This document shows, in pieces, positions 47,462 to 61,100 of a DNA stretch of 64,000 bases. Source of the stretch: Macrostomum lignano (lineage: Eukaryota); contig NIVC01001883.1 of NCBI GenBank assembly GCA_002269645.1, positions 62,001 through 126,000 on the forward strand, read 5' to 3'. Below the pieces are notes generated by a model that did not search any database, was not told where the DNA came from, and worked only from the letters and a program-made list of their open reading frames with translations. The first letter of the stretch is position 1. Each line of letters begins with the position of its first letter. The position numbers and the translations under genes are program-made.

Positions 47462-50324
47462 TCAGGCGGGCAGCGCCACGGACTTCAGGGCTTCCCGGAT
47501 TTTCCGTCCGAGCTGGTCGGCCACGGTCAGGCGGATCTGCTCCCTGACGGCCTCGACCTGCAGCGCCTTGGACACCAGGTCGCCCACCAGCCCGTTGTTT
47601 GTCACCTGGATGGGGCTCAGCCAGGCGTCGAAGTATTTCAGGCTGATGGCGCCGCCAGGGCTGAGGTCTGCTTGCAGCGTCACGCGGGCGCGGAAGTCCG
47701 CGATGTGGATTTTGACGAACACGAGCGGCTGGCCCAGCAGCTTCACCTGAAATTGCATTGAGGCAATTGTGGGGTATTCAGTGTGGCGCTCTGGAGGAAT
47801 TGTGGGGTATTCAGTGTGGCGCTTTGGGGGAATTGTGGGGTATTCAGTGTGGCGCTCTGGAGGAATTGTGGGGTATTCAGTGTGGCGCTCTGGAGGAATT
47901 GTGGGGTATTCAGTGTGGCACTCTGGGGGAATTGTGGGGTATTCAGTGTGGCACTCTGGGGGAATTGTGGGGTATTCAGTGTGGCGCTCTGTGGGAATTG
48001 TGGGGTATTCAGTGTGGCGCTCTGTGGGAATTGTGGGGTATTCAGTGTGGCGCTCTGGAAGAATTGTGGGGTATTCAGTGTGGCGCTCTGGGGGAATTGT
48101 GGGGTATTCAGTGTGGCGCTCTGGAGGAATTGTGGGGTATTCAGTGTGGCGCTTTGGGGGAATTGTGGGGTATTCAGTGTGGCACTCTGGGGGAATTGTG
48201 GGGTATTCAGTACGGCACATTGGGGAATTGTGGGGTATTCAGTGTGGCGCTCTGGGGGAATTGTGGGGTATTCAGTGCGGCACATGGGGGAATTGTGGGG
48301 TATTCAGTGCGGCACATTGGGGAATTGTGGGGTATTCAGTGCGGCACATTGGGGAATTGTGGGGTATTCAGTGCGGCACATTGGGGAATTGTGGGGTATT
48401 CAGTGCGGCACATTGGGGAATGGAGACTGTGCGGCACCTGAGCGCACCTGGAAGGCGCCCCGCACGCTGCGGATGTGCACGCAGGTCTTGGCCTCAGCCA
48501 GGCTGCCGCCCAGCGGCTTCAGCTGCAGGCTGCAGCTGCGGCTGACATTGTCCAGGCCGGCCACGTGCAGGTTGACGATCTTGATGAAGCCAGGGAGGCT
48601 GATCTCGGCCGGCAAGTCAACCTCGGCGAGCGCCTTGAACAGGTCGGTGCGCAGGATGTAGTCGGCGGCCAGGTTCACCGCCGCTGTGGCGTCTTCCGAG
48701 GACTGGGAGGCTGCGGGCGCGGTGCAGGGCTGGGCGAGTCGGATGGAACTGGGCGATTCCTTGCCACTGACCCCTGGGTGTACCGTCGCACTGCCCTGAC
48801 ACTCACTGCCCTGATACTCACTGCCCTGATACTCACTGCCCTGATACTCACTGCCCTGACACTCTGCCCTGATACTCACTGCCCTGATACTCACTGCCCT
48901 GACACTCACTGCCCTGACACTCACTGCCCTGACACTCACTGCCCTGACACTCACTGCCCTGACACTCACTGCCCTGACACTCACTGCCCTGACACTCACT
49001 GCCCTGATACTCACTGCCCTGATACTCACTGCCCTGATACTCACTGCCCTGACACTCTGCCCTGATACTCACTGCCCTGATACTCACTGCCCTGACACTC
49101 ACTGCCCTGACACTCACTGCCCTGACACTCACTGCCCTGACACTCACTGCCCTGACACTCACTGCCCTGACACTCACTGCCCTGACACTCACTGCCCTGA
49201 CACTCACTGCCCTGACACTCACTGCCCTGACACTCACTGCCCTGACACTCACTGCTCTGACACTCACTGCCCTGACACTTACTGCCCTGACACTCACTGC
49301 CCTGACACTCACTGCCCTGACACTCACTGCCCTGACACTCACTGCCCTGACACTCACTGCCCTGACACTCACTGCCCTGACACTCACTGCCCTGACACTC
49401 TGCCCTGATACTCACTGCCCTGACACTCACTGCCCTGACACTCACTGCCCTGATACTCACTGCCCTGATACTCACTGCCCTGACACTCTGCCCTGACACT
49501 CACTGCCCTGACACTCACTGCCCTGACACTCACTGCCCTGACACTCACTGCCCTGACACTCACTGCCCTGACACTCACTGCCCTGACACTCACTGCCCTG
49601 ACACTCACTGCCCTGACACTCACTGCCCTGACACTCACTGCTCTGACACTCACTGCCCTGACACTCACTGCCCTGACACTCACTGCCCTGACACTCACTG
49701 CCCTGACACTCACTGCCCTGACACTCACTGCCCTGACACTCACTGCCCTGACACTCACTGCCCTGACACTCACTGCCCTGACACTCTGCCCTGATACTCA
49801 CTGCCCTGACACTCACTGCCCTGATACTCACTGCCCTGATACTCACTGCCCTGACACTCACTGCCCTGATACTCACTGCCCTGATACTCACTGCCCTGAC
49901 ACTCTGCCCTGACACTCACTGCCCTGACACTCACTGCCCTGACACTCACTGCCCTGACACTCACTGCCCTGACACTCACTGCCCTGACACTCACTGCCCT
50001 GACACTCACTGCCCTGACACTCACTGCCCTGACACTCTGCCCTGACACTCACTGCCCTGACACTCACTTCCCTGATACTCACTGCCCTGACACTCACTGC
50101 CCTGACACTCACTGCCCTGACACTCACTGCCCTGACACTCACAGCCCTGACACTCACTGCCCTGACACTCACTGCCCTGACACTGCTAAAGTTCCTACTC
50201 TGCTCTGTCAGCGGGAGTCAGAGCCGGAGCCGAGAGTCAGGCCAGACTCACTGGCAGCCTGCAGCCGCGGTCCCAGCAGGAGCAGCAGCAGTCCGAAGGC
50301 GGCGGCAGTCGGCAGTCGGGGCAT
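47462..50324 (-). CDS. Secreted protein, 227 aa, possibly a single TULIP (BPI/LBP/Der p 7-like) domain
   Basis: Exons 50324-50252, 48773-48448, 47746-47462 join in phase via GT-AG; signal peptide MPRLPTAAAFGLLLLLLGPRLQA; helix, long beta strands, terminal helix pattern. Fold call is inference. Confidence 0.7.
47765..48420. repeat. 33-bp (later about 31-bp) tandem repeat in an intron
   Basis: AATTGTGGGGTATTCAGTGTGGCGCTCTGGAGG; source of the spurious HTEYPTIPPER ORFs. Confidence 0.95.
48790..50185. repeat. 15-bp tandem repeat CACTCACTGCCCTGA in an intron
   Basis: Direct reading. Confidence 0.97.
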
Positions 50325-51419
50325 TTCTGCAATCGCTTGAGCTCGGGAAGGATCAAGTCCAGCTTGTCGGGCGCTCGCATGGCTGGTTTGGCTAAACAGC
50401 TGCACTTTTATGCCGAGCTGCGGGCGTGGGGCCTGCCGGGATTATCGGCGTGAGACCCCGCCAGTCTGCCCAGGCGGAGGGACCGTCTGGCGCGTGACTC
50501 CCTGCATGGCCTGCGCTGAGCTGCGCACCAACCGAGCACGTCGGTGGAAAGTACACGCACTGCATGCAGCCACAGCATACACCACCCACATTTTCCCACA
50601 TAACAACATTTAACACACAAATCTGAAGCCCGACATAACAAGCGCATGTGTACCTTGTAGGTCGGCCTTCAGATGCTCATTTCAGCACTGAGTGAAGCTA
50701 AACGAAAACTAGTCTCTGGTCATTGTGACGGTCTGACAGTCCGGAGAAAACAAGTGCACGGCGTCACTGAGTTTCTTGTGCGCCACTGTGAAGAGTGGTC
50801 TGCGTGTAAAGTCAGCATCTCAATTTCGGAAGAAAATTCAATAATTCTGTAATGACTTAGAAGTAAGTCTTGACGTTTAGTCCAAAGCTCTGCCTGGGAG
50901 CGGATCCCGTGAGCAGGCAGGCAGTCAGTAAAAGCGTGGAGAGACCGAGGGGGTCGTGTTTGCCGTTATATTTCTGGGCTCTGGGGCCCGAACCGCATAG
51001 GCGTGCTGTGGCACGAACACGAACGTACAGGGGATGCGTAGCATGAAGTAATGAATTTAGAGGATCATAAAAATTGGATACGTATCAAGGACGTTCCTGC
51101 AACCAAGTTACGTATCGGAGACGTCCCACTTTCTATTGGATACGTAATTTTGCTATGCGGGTGAGGAGCGTGCAGTAGGGGTGACTCGGGTGAGTCAGTG
51201 AGGGGAACAATCGGTGCTGCTTAGTCAGTGGGAGAACGCATACTGGCCCTGCTGCGGAGGGTCCGCAGCCCAGGCCAGGACAAATTCGTCAAAAATATAT
51301 TTATCAATGAGAAGAATTCAATCTTTTTGTTCCTCAAACTGCAGCTCAGCTCCTCAGCCCTCTCAGCCAGCACCTCTTTGAAATACCACTCTCATTCTGT
51401 GTCCTCTTGACCGCACTGA

Positions 51420-51680
51420 CCCACGGTAAAGAACTGACCCATCCTGAGCAACCCTGACCCATCCTCAACAACCCTGACCCATCCTCAGCAACTCTGACCC
51501 ATCCTCAGCAACTCTGACCCATCCTCAACAACCCTGACCCATCCTCAGCAACTCTGACCCATCCTCAGCAGCCCTGACCCATCCTCAACAACCCTGACCC
51601 ATCCTCAGCAACCCTGACCCATCCTCAGCAACCCTGACCCATCCTCAGTAACCCTGACCCATCCTCAGCAACCCTGACCC
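51420..51680. repeat. 20-bp tandem repeat CTGACCCATCCTCAGCAACC
   Basis: Direct reading. Confidence 0.93.
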
Positions 51681-51772
51681 ATTTCGACCCTCAGGATCTG
51701 GTTGGTCTCATCTTCACCAACCGAAGCAATGCAAGCAAGGTGAGCGCGCTCAGCAGAGGGGGGGGGTGTCAG

Positions 51773-53086
51773 TCATTTCAGAATGCCAAATGGCAGCTTC
51801 CTCGCCACCGGCTGGCAGTCGGCCGCCACCGCGGCAGCCCCGCCGCACTCCGCCGCCATCAGCTGCAGCAGCAGCGGCGGCGTCGGCTCCGCCATCTGCT
51901 GCTTCATCGCCTTCCCAGCCAGCTTCTTTTTTGATTTCGTTGATGCCTCATCGCGTCGGGTCGCCGCCGCCTGCCGTCTGAAATGAGAGAAAATCGACTG
52001 GCTTTGCCGTCTTTCTTGACCCACTATGACCTACATGACCTACCCCTGACCCACTATGACCTGCATGACCTACCCCTGACCCACTATGACCTACATGACC
52101 TACCCCTGACCCACTATGACCTGCATGACCTACCCCTGACCCACTATGACCGGCATGATCTACCCCTGACCCACTATGCCTCAGTCTCACCCACTGACCC
52201 ACCAAAAACTTGACCCATCCTGACCCATTTAATTTTGGCCCATTTCTACGCACTCAGCGGCTCACCTGCAGTCGCTCAGGTCGGCCATCGGCGGCCCCCA
52301 GGCGGCTCCCAGCCGGCAGCCGATGCCGTAGACGGTCAGCACCGCCCTGGCCGCCGCGGCCGCCTCTGTAGCCATGTCGAGCGTCAGGGGCCGGCGCTGC
52401 CAGTAGGCGTGGCCCGCCGCGTCCTCCTCCACGACGGCAGGCGACGCAACCGAGCCCGCAGCCGCCGCAGTCAGCTGCAGCAGGGCCCTGAGGCTGACCC
52501 GGCGCCGAGGCAGCCCGCTCCTCTCCAGAAGGGTTTCGAACCCCAGACCGACGTCGCAGACTCGGCGCCACCGGCTGAGAGCGAAAGTGTCGGACAGCTC
52601 GGCGGCGTCATTGGTTCCGTAGTGGAAGACCTTCGTGATCTCGGCGGACTGGAAGAGTCGGGCGAGGCCGCCGCGGCTCAGCACCTGCGGCCGGCGGGCC
52701 AGGTCGATCAGGTAGGTCGGCGCGGCAGCGGCGGCCGAGGCGGAGGCGCCCTCGCGACTTACCGCTACGGCCAGGAGGACCGGCGGGTGCCTCGGCGGGC
52801 CGCCGCGTCGGCAGCTGACAGCCAGCAGTGGCGGCCCTCCGCCGTCGCCTCCGACAGCTTTGCAAACTTCGTCATCCTCGGTGTCGAATCCGTTGCCTAG
52901 CAACAGGAGCGCGTCGACGAGGTGCCCGCAGGCGGCCGGGGACTCGAGCAGGCGGACTCCGGCCTGGGCCAGCATCGCCTGCCTGACAGCCTCGGAAGCA
53001 GCCGCCGACGACTGCACGGCGACGACGGTGGCTGCAGCCGCTGCGGCCTCGGCTTCTTCGGCAGCTGGGCAGTTGGCGCGCCTCAT
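51773..53086 (-). CDS. 3'-5' exonuclease-domain protein (EXD1/Egalitarian-like), catalytic residues degenerate
   Basis: Exons 53086-52266 and 51977-51773 (phase 2, GT-AG); YLIDL..GGLARLFQSAEITKVFH..DAAEL..DV, YWQRRPLTLDM. Confidence 0.72.
52015..52180. repeat. 30-bp tandem repeat in an intron (TGACCCACTATGACCTACATGACCTACCCC)
   Basis: Direct reading. Confidence 0.9.
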
Positions 53087-53555
53087 CACTTGAGAAGCCG
53101 ACCGGCCCTCTACTGCTTTTTGCAATTTTTCTAAGCTTGCGCTGTGTGCCTTTTATATCAGAGTAGTGTCTTGAATAGACCGTGCAGCTGCGCTCACAAT
53201 GGAGCTCATTCTCTCTCCTCTGCCGCCTCGGCTCTGTTCAGCACCTGGGCGCCTCGCGGCGGAGTCTCACGCAATATTTTCAATGGCTTTTGGGGTTTGT
53301 TTAATTTCCGCTCTGCTGTCTGCGCAGATTCAATTTTTCTGGCTGTCGCAGCAGCTTACTTTCAGTAGAAATAAGCGAATTTGTTACGGCAGTGCCTGCT
53401 GGGCGTGCCTTTGCTTATTAAGGCCCCCATGGCCCCTCTGTAGGGTCTAATTATGCCACTCAAGTTTTTTAGGCGCCCCCGCCGCCCTCTGCTGCACTTC
53501 AAAGCTCTTCTTCAAGTTCTTCTGCAGCTTCTTTTGCGTTTCTTGTTTGTCCCGT

Positions 53556-53712
<157 letters not shown>

Positions 53713-54063
53713 ATGTAGTTGGGGCGCTGTTTGAGTAGCTTAGCTGAGCTCTTCAAACACAGCGGGCGGGGACGCTGATTCGTCTGTTTTGATGTCTGCG
53801 CAAGTTGGCGGGCCATCAGGGTGCGGGCGCGTGAGCTGCTGCCGACTCCGCCGCGCTGGACAAACAAGTCGCCAGAAGGTGGGGGCGCAGCGTCATTGAG
53901 CGCAAGCAGCTCTACTGAGCTTTGATCTGTCAGAAACTCTGGAAGTCATTCAGACCATCCAAGGAATGCCAGCAAAAATGAGGCATATGAAAATGCTCTC
54001 TCTCAGACTCTTCTAGCTGTTCTTCGTGACGGAGAACTGATGAACTCAGAGCTGTCAACTGCT

Positions 54064-54312
54064 GGGTTTTAGTCTAGTAGTTGGAGCGTCGGACTCACGA
54101 CTGAAAGGTCAGGGGTTCGATTCTCAACCCAACTCGGAACAATTTGTGTCCTTGAGCCAGCCACTTAATTCTGCATTGCTTCAGTTTATCCATTGCGGTA
54201 AAATGGGTGCGGAGTAATTGAGGTTGTGTGTGGCGACCCCGGTCCTTGAACTGAACAGCCGTACGCACCTTCAGTTGTTGGTTGTACATCTGCCCAATAG
54301 GGCAAGGTGTAA
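54064..54312 (+). mobile_element. tRNA-derived SINE (copy 2)
   Basis: GGAGCGTCGGACTCACGACTGAAAGGTCAGGGGTTCGATTC head; TGTGTCCTTGAGC..GTAAAATGGGTG body; collinear with 22703-23002. Confidence 0.8.
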
Positions 54313-54934
54313 TCAATTGTTGTTATGTCAATCATGTAAATATCGAATCCCCTGGAGATTTAAGCTCGCTGTTTAATTTCTAAAATACGAACTTCACGAT
54401 GGACAATTTCTCAAGTTCCTGTTGTTTTCCAAAGTAACCTGGTAAGGAAGGAAACCTTCAAATATAACACAGCAGTTTTTTTAGTTTCTGCTCAACTAGC
54501 CCTCAGGCTCAAGACATCGCACCATCCAGCCATGCAGAGCAAAGCTGTATTCACAACACACACAGTGAGTCGGCATCTGTGACCATCATCGAGTTTCGCT
54601 TCTGCGCTGCACTCAATAAAAGTGTGAGAACGAGTCGCATTCCCCAGCCCTGTCTGTCCTCGCGAGCGCTGCACTCAGGTAACAATAAAAATGTTCAGTA
54701 GGGCGAGGCTCGGTGAGACGAGTCATGAGAATGGACTGACGAGCCGAGTGTCTGCGCGCCCGCCCCCCTCCGCTGCCCCCCTGCGGCGGGCCCGCCCGGC
54801 CCATTGGTGGCAGCTAGCCCCTGCCCACGCGCCTGGGCAGCTGTGCCGCCGCATTTCAGTGTCCGCTCACGGCTCTGCAAGGACAAGCGCATTGGAACTG
54901 ATCTGTTCTGCTCTTCTGCTCAGCAGCTTTCAAC

Positions 54935-55826
54935 ATGGCTGATTTTCTCAAAGCGTTCGAGGCAATTGACACCGACTTCAGCGGTGAGATCACTAAACAG
55001 GAGCTGGAGGAGTATTGCAAAAAGCAGGAGTTTGACGATCGGTTCATTCAGGTGAGTTTACTGTTCATCTTGGTTGCCAAAGCTCAAAAAGTGCAACCCG
55101 TTCAACTGAACCTTTGTCGCCTTTTGCTAGAAATGGCTGGACCTGTTCGACGCCGACAACAGCGGCACAATCACGGTTGAGGAGTACTGCGAGACCTTAG
55201 GACTCACGCCCAACACTGACTACATGTGAGCCTGCCGTTGTATGCAACTCAGTTGAAATAGATATTGCATTCATAGTATAGGAATAGGGATATGAAGAGG
55301 TACTTACATGTACATGCGTTGGCACTTGTGTCATGCAATGAAAGCGTCGCTTGGGGAAGAGATTGAATGGAGTGAGGTGGGCGGAGGAGTGTCGTCCATA
55401 AATTAGCAGCAAGCAACGAACCCTGCTGCACACAGAGAGAAAGTGGAGACCCGCCGAGTGAACGCCGGGCCTCCAGGCACAGGAGTCGATGAAGCCGACC
55501 AATACGCGGTTCAATCCAGCGGCAACGATGGCGAAATTGACGACAGTCTGGACAATGTTCAAATCTTGGCCGTGGACGATCAGCTGCCGGAGGACCTGAT
55601 GCGCACTATTGTCCGACTGGCTCGAGAAGGCCAGGCCGTCTACAGCCTGGAGAAGGACATCGCCAAGCACATCAAGGCCGGGCTGGATGATCTGGACGGG
55701 CGGGCCTGGCACGCCATCGTTGGCCGCTTCCAGTACGGCTCGTTCTGTACGCACGAGGTCGGTCGCATGCTGCACTGCTTTGTTGGCCGGTTTGCGTTCC
55801 TAGTGTGGCGCACCCCGGACTATTAG
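54935..55826 (+). CDS. Tegumental-allergen-like (TAL) protein: two EF-hands plus dynein-light-chain-like domain, 200 aa
   Basis: Exons 54935-55051, 55131-55225, 55436-55826 (GT-AG, in phase); AFEAIDTDFSGEITKQEL, LFDADNSGTITVEEYC, IAKHIKAGLD..GRAWHAIVG..FLVWRTP. Confidence 0.87.
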
Positions 55827-58121
55827 AAGATGTGAATTCTTGAGAATATACGGTAGTGCATTGGTTGCTTTTTAGCTCCCTTTATTAATGATCTCCGCTC
55901 GCCTTGTTAACTCAGTTGCCCTTACGTTGTAAATGTACAAGTGGCATAAACCAGTTTTGTGTGGAACAAAGCTTTTATTTAAACTTAACGTACATAGAAA
56001 TAATTCTGTTAGGCAAGCAAACTCTTTAGCTAAATGTTTAATTATTTTCACTGTTTCTCTTATCGCGTGCTGTGCTGACGACGTTCACTATGAAAAGTTT
56101 TGAAATTTTAATAAAGACCAAGTTACACGAGTATCCAATTCATTTTTTTCGCTTCACTTGAACAGCAAAGTGTAGCTGAGTGATATGTATTACTCGATTC
56201 ATTTGAACCAAGAATGTTTTTATTATTAATACCGAAAATACTCGCTAATCGTTTGATGAGGTATAACAAAATCTTTTGAAACCGAAAAGTTTCTAAAAGT
56301 TAAAAAAATAGAAAGCAAAAACTTTGAGTTTTATTGTATTCTATGTCTTTATTTCTTTGAATAAGCCTTAAGAAAAGGAGCAAATATTTATCGAGAATAC
56401 TAAATTCATAAAATCAAATTCATTTTTCGACTGGAAAGCGCGCAACGCAACTCATTCTTTTTACTTCGTACTGTATAAATATAACTGAACTTCTACTCAG
56501 ATTCTTGATAGCTCCCGTTTGACGCAAAAAGCTCGTGAACTATCCTTTATCGATTTATATCTGACAGGCAACAAAACTAATTAAAAGGTAAACACAAGCA
56601 TAAAATTATGAAAGCTCATGATTTGGCCTTTTGCATAGCATTGAATTAATTTTTAAGGGTCTTTTTAGCCTCTAAATATACAGCTTAAATATTAAATGAC
56701 AAGAATGAATAAAATTAACTACTACACAAATATCATAAGATAAGATGATCACACTAGCTAAATAAGATAAAACATGCAGATATGTGCTATACAATGTAGC
56801 TTTGTATTGCTTTAATCACAGGTTCAAAGAAAGAAATGCAGAGGCTAAAAAAATCGATTATTTGTAGTTAACCTTTGCTCAAGTTATAACTAAAATATAT
56901 GCTTACAAAAGTTCTCTATTGTTTGTTTGGTCTAGAGTCAATTATTTTGCCAGTTATATACTTAGCTTAGTCTGCTCATCAACAATAACATCTTGTATTA
57001 TTATGTAAATTGGGGGAACATTAAAAATAGAGAAATTGACAATAAAATAGACACTTTTTAATATGCATTGCTGTTTACATGGCTGTAAATCATTAAATTC
57101 AATTTAACTCCATATTAAAGATTTTTAATTATCTGTATTGTGTTCTATTTTTTATAACAGATCTTGGATTATTGAAATTGAAATTCGAATAGAATATTAA
57201 AATAAACCAGTTATTGCATAATTATTGTATGCATCTGATTTATTACTGACATGGTCCGCTTGTGATTTAGCTTGCAGGAGCACAATTTTTCAAAATTTAG
57301 GTAGATTTTTCTGTCGAATGCTGCTTTGTAGTTTAACATTGATTTTTTGCCTGAATGATTGAATTTCTCTTCAATGAAAGCATATATTTACTTTATATTT
57401 CTTGGGCACATTATTAACGTTTGAATGAAATTGAAGCTATAGTTTGTCTTGGACAAGAAATGAGATCTCAATTTTTCCACCCTTTCAATCTCTGATGCCT
57501 AATTACGAGTACTTAGGCATTTTTGCCTAATTTTTGTTGCCATTGGTTACGACTCCGGTTTTCGCATGAAATCTCCTTGAGGCTCAACATTAATTTTAAA
57601 AAGTCAGCCGCAAAACGGTAATGTTTATCCAGTTAAAATCTCAGTCAAACACAGTGAGAGATGAATGATCTGAACCTGCTTGAAGCTGCAGCCACTGCGG
57701 ACTTCCCTGTGCCGATCTGATCCACTCCAACCTCAGTCAGCAAAATCCCGCCCGTTAATCTAATTCAGCCCCGTCAGGAGCTGAGCAAACCAATACTTAA
57801 TCCCTGGATTTCATGAGCTCGGCGCTCGTCTGGGGAGCGGGCGGGCAGTACTGGGGAGGAGGCTGGTAGGGTCCGGGGGGGGGGGACGCGGATTCGCCCG
57901 TCTCTAAGCTGAGGCCGGGTCTCCCCTGGGGCCGTCTGCCAATACTGCTGTATGATTTTATTAGCCAGCCGATACTCATGGGCTCGTATACAATAAGGCA
58001 GTAGCACGCTGTGTTCCCGAATGCTCTTTCTTATCCTACAGTTTTATGCAGCACCGGCAGCATTCAGCAATTTCTCTGAGCACTCGAGGCCAACCCCCCA
58101 ATTCTGCACCTTCCAGACAGC

Positions 58122-61100
58122 ATGAGCGCCCCGGAACAGCCAGCGCAGGAGGTGCCCCGCACCGAGCTGGAGGAGATCCAGCTGCTCATGAACCAGAAGA
58201 CCGATGAGGTGCGCAAGCTTCGTCTGTTAATTTTTATGATTTACAAATTACCTGCAGTTTGAGACTCAACTTATAAAAAAATAGTGCTAGTTAGATGCCG
58301 ACGCATTGGTCTATCTGATTGTAGTTATAGTTACTCTGCCTGTCTACCCCGTAGACAAATACTTTAATCCGGTTCCCGAGGCGATGCAAAACCTCAGCCG
58401 GAGATTGATCCCCCGAATCGATAGGACTCGCAGTGGGAGAATTCTGTGGCTGGGGATGCCAGATTCTGGGTGCGCTCCGATACCCCCCCCCCTAGCTGTT
58501 CGAACCCTGCCGGTCAGTCGGGAGGCTGCAGACAAGCTCATTCCTTCGCTGCCTTTCTCTTGCGGGCCGCTGCAACTGGCGAACACGGGGAAGGGAGATG
58601 ATGAAGCTAGAAGGAAGCTGCAGCTGCCGGGGAGCTGTGGACCAATAAAGAATATACATACCGGGGAGGCTGGGGTGGAGTATTAAGCATTGATTTTGCT
58701 AAAGGGGCGGCAGTGCTGAGCCCGGCCTGCCCGCTCCTCATCCCCAGCCTCCCCGCTATTCACTGCTCGGCATGTTTTTAGGACTGAGCCGGGTAAGGAG
58801 AGGAGAGAAGAGAGATGAGGCAGGCGGGGAGCCCAGCCTCTCGGGGGAGCTGAGCACGCATGGCCGTCCCCTTCTCATTTTTGCGCCGCCGCGGGCCACC
58901 CCGCCTGCCCAGCCCGGACGGACAGGGAAATTGGGGGAGCGGAGAGTGAGGGGAGAAATGGGGACGCAAGATGGCGGGAGAGGCGAGCAGCGGGTGAGCG
59001 GCGGTTCGTCCTGTGAGCTGCCGGGCCCGCAGCTCCGCACTCTCCGATCCCTCGCTCTCTTCCACAGCGGCCGAGGAAAGTGGGGATTAAAGTGCATTTG
59101 AAGGTCCGAGATCGGGCTCAGAGCCCCTCTTCCCCCGCCCCTTGGCCTTCCTAGCTTGGCTGGCAGCCAATTTCTGTAGAAGATGGAGAAGCGGAGGCTG
59201 GGGTGGCTGAGTTGGAACCGGTTCCAACTGGTCTTCGAACGCCCGCAGAGGAAGAGCTTGTCATGATGAGGCATCTATTTTTGTGTCGGCTCTCTCCGGG
59301 TGCGAGTTCGAGTCCCGGGAGGTCGAGTCTCCTCCGGCATTTCCCAGACTTGCCGACCCGGCGAGAAGGCGGGGCAGAGTGACTGACAGCTGGCCGGGAA
59401 AAGGGCTCTGAGCACCTTTTCATCCCCCCAGCCATGCAGACAGCCTCACCGGTCCCGCCAGCTTACTAAATCCCTACCTCGCTTCCTCATTCTGCGGCAG
59501 TCCCGCGGGAGCCCGAAGGGGCAGGCCGTTTTGCACTCTTCCTTCCGTCAACTTCTGCGGCTTGTTGAGGCTCCGCGCGGCTGGAGAAGGATGAAGAAGG
59601 ATCTCGTGACTGGGGAAAACGAGAGAGAAAGAAGAGGGAATGAGAGCTGGGAGAGGGGAAGGGGGTGCCCTGGCCATTAGCTAAACGGTGCGGACACCCC
59701 ACGGCTCAAGGAGGAGGCGCGGAGGCTGGGGAAGTCGGCAGCCCGGAGAAGAGACAGCGCAGGGATGAAGCTGGACAAGAAAGGAGAGGCGAGGCTGCCT
59801 GAACCCCATCAACCAAGCTACAAGAGGCTCTGGGGGACTCCGCCTTCCCCTCCTCCCCCCGTCTTGCATTCCTGATGAGACCTGGCTGTGGGACGGGGAT
59901 GCGAGCCCAATATAATATAATAGATGCCCTCAGTTCCTCGGAGTTCACCGGGCAGGGGGCGAAGGGAGAGGGGAGAGAGGGGAGAAAGGGGAATTTGACT
60001 CGCCGCGTTGAGAGGCTGCGCCATCGCGGGCCCCCCCCCGCTTTCTTGTTTATCTCCACGGCGTCGAAAAACTGCTCCGTTCGGGCAGCCTCGCCCCGAT
60101 CTCGCTACTAGCAGTAGGCGGGAGCGCGCGCGACACAATTCCAGCTGTGAGTGCGCGCGGCCACCTGAGCTCCTGCATTCAGATCCCACCAGCCTTGGCA
60201 GCGGCAGGCCAGCAGGCCAGTTCATTGTTGAGGCCGGCCAGCATTTGTTGACCGTGAGCACAGGGCAGAGAGCGCTGGCGGACCAGCAGGGGGGGGGGGC
60301 AGGGAGGGCCACAAACAAATGCCTCCCGCTGCCAGAAAAAACATTGCAGCGATCCCACAGCGTACGCTGCTGCCGGGGAGGTGCGGGAAGGGAAGGAGAA
60401 GGAGTCAGAGGAACTCATCAGCTCTGCGCCACCCCGCTAGGCATTTTAATGTATCCGGGCTGTATATTATTAGGGAGCAGAGCGGCCCCGCCCCCAGCCC
60501 GTGCCAGCGGCTGCCAAAGACCTTCCTGACCGACTGCCCCTGACATGGCTGGAGCCGAAGAGCCAGCGGACGCCACCGCGCCTCCTCTGACTGAGGCGGA
60601 CGAGATCATGCTGCTGGTGGACCGGGCCCAGACTGAAGTAAACCAGGGGGAGTGGCTGCTTGATAGTTGAGAGTGGCTGCTTGATAGTTGAGAGTGACTG
60701 CTTGATAGTTGAGAGTGGCTGCTTGATAGTTGAGAGTGGCTGCTTAATAGTTGAGAGTGGCTGCTTGATAGTTGAGAGTGGCTGCTTGATAGTTGAGAGT
60801 GACTGCTTGATAGTTGAGAGTGGCTGCTTGATAGTTGAGAGTTGCTGCTTGATAGTTGAGAGTGGCTGCTTGATAGTTGAGAGTGGCTGCTTGATAGTTG
60901 AAGGAAAGTGACTGCTTGATAGTTGAGAGTGGCTGCTTGATAGTTGAGAGTGGCTGCTTGATAGTTGAGAGTGGCTGCTTGATAGTTGAGAGTGGCTGCT
61001 TGATAGTTGAGAGTGGCTGCTTGATAGTTGAGAGTGGCTGCTTGATAGTTGAGAGTGGCTGCTTGATAGTTGAGAGTGGCTGCTTGATAGTTGAGAGTGG

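Noticed and set aside
58700-60540. Overlapping Pro/Arg/Gly-rich ORFs in the SNAP25 intron
   Set aside because: GC/purine-rich sequence gives ORFs in many frames with no motif or consistent codon bias; more likely regulatory or repeat DNA.
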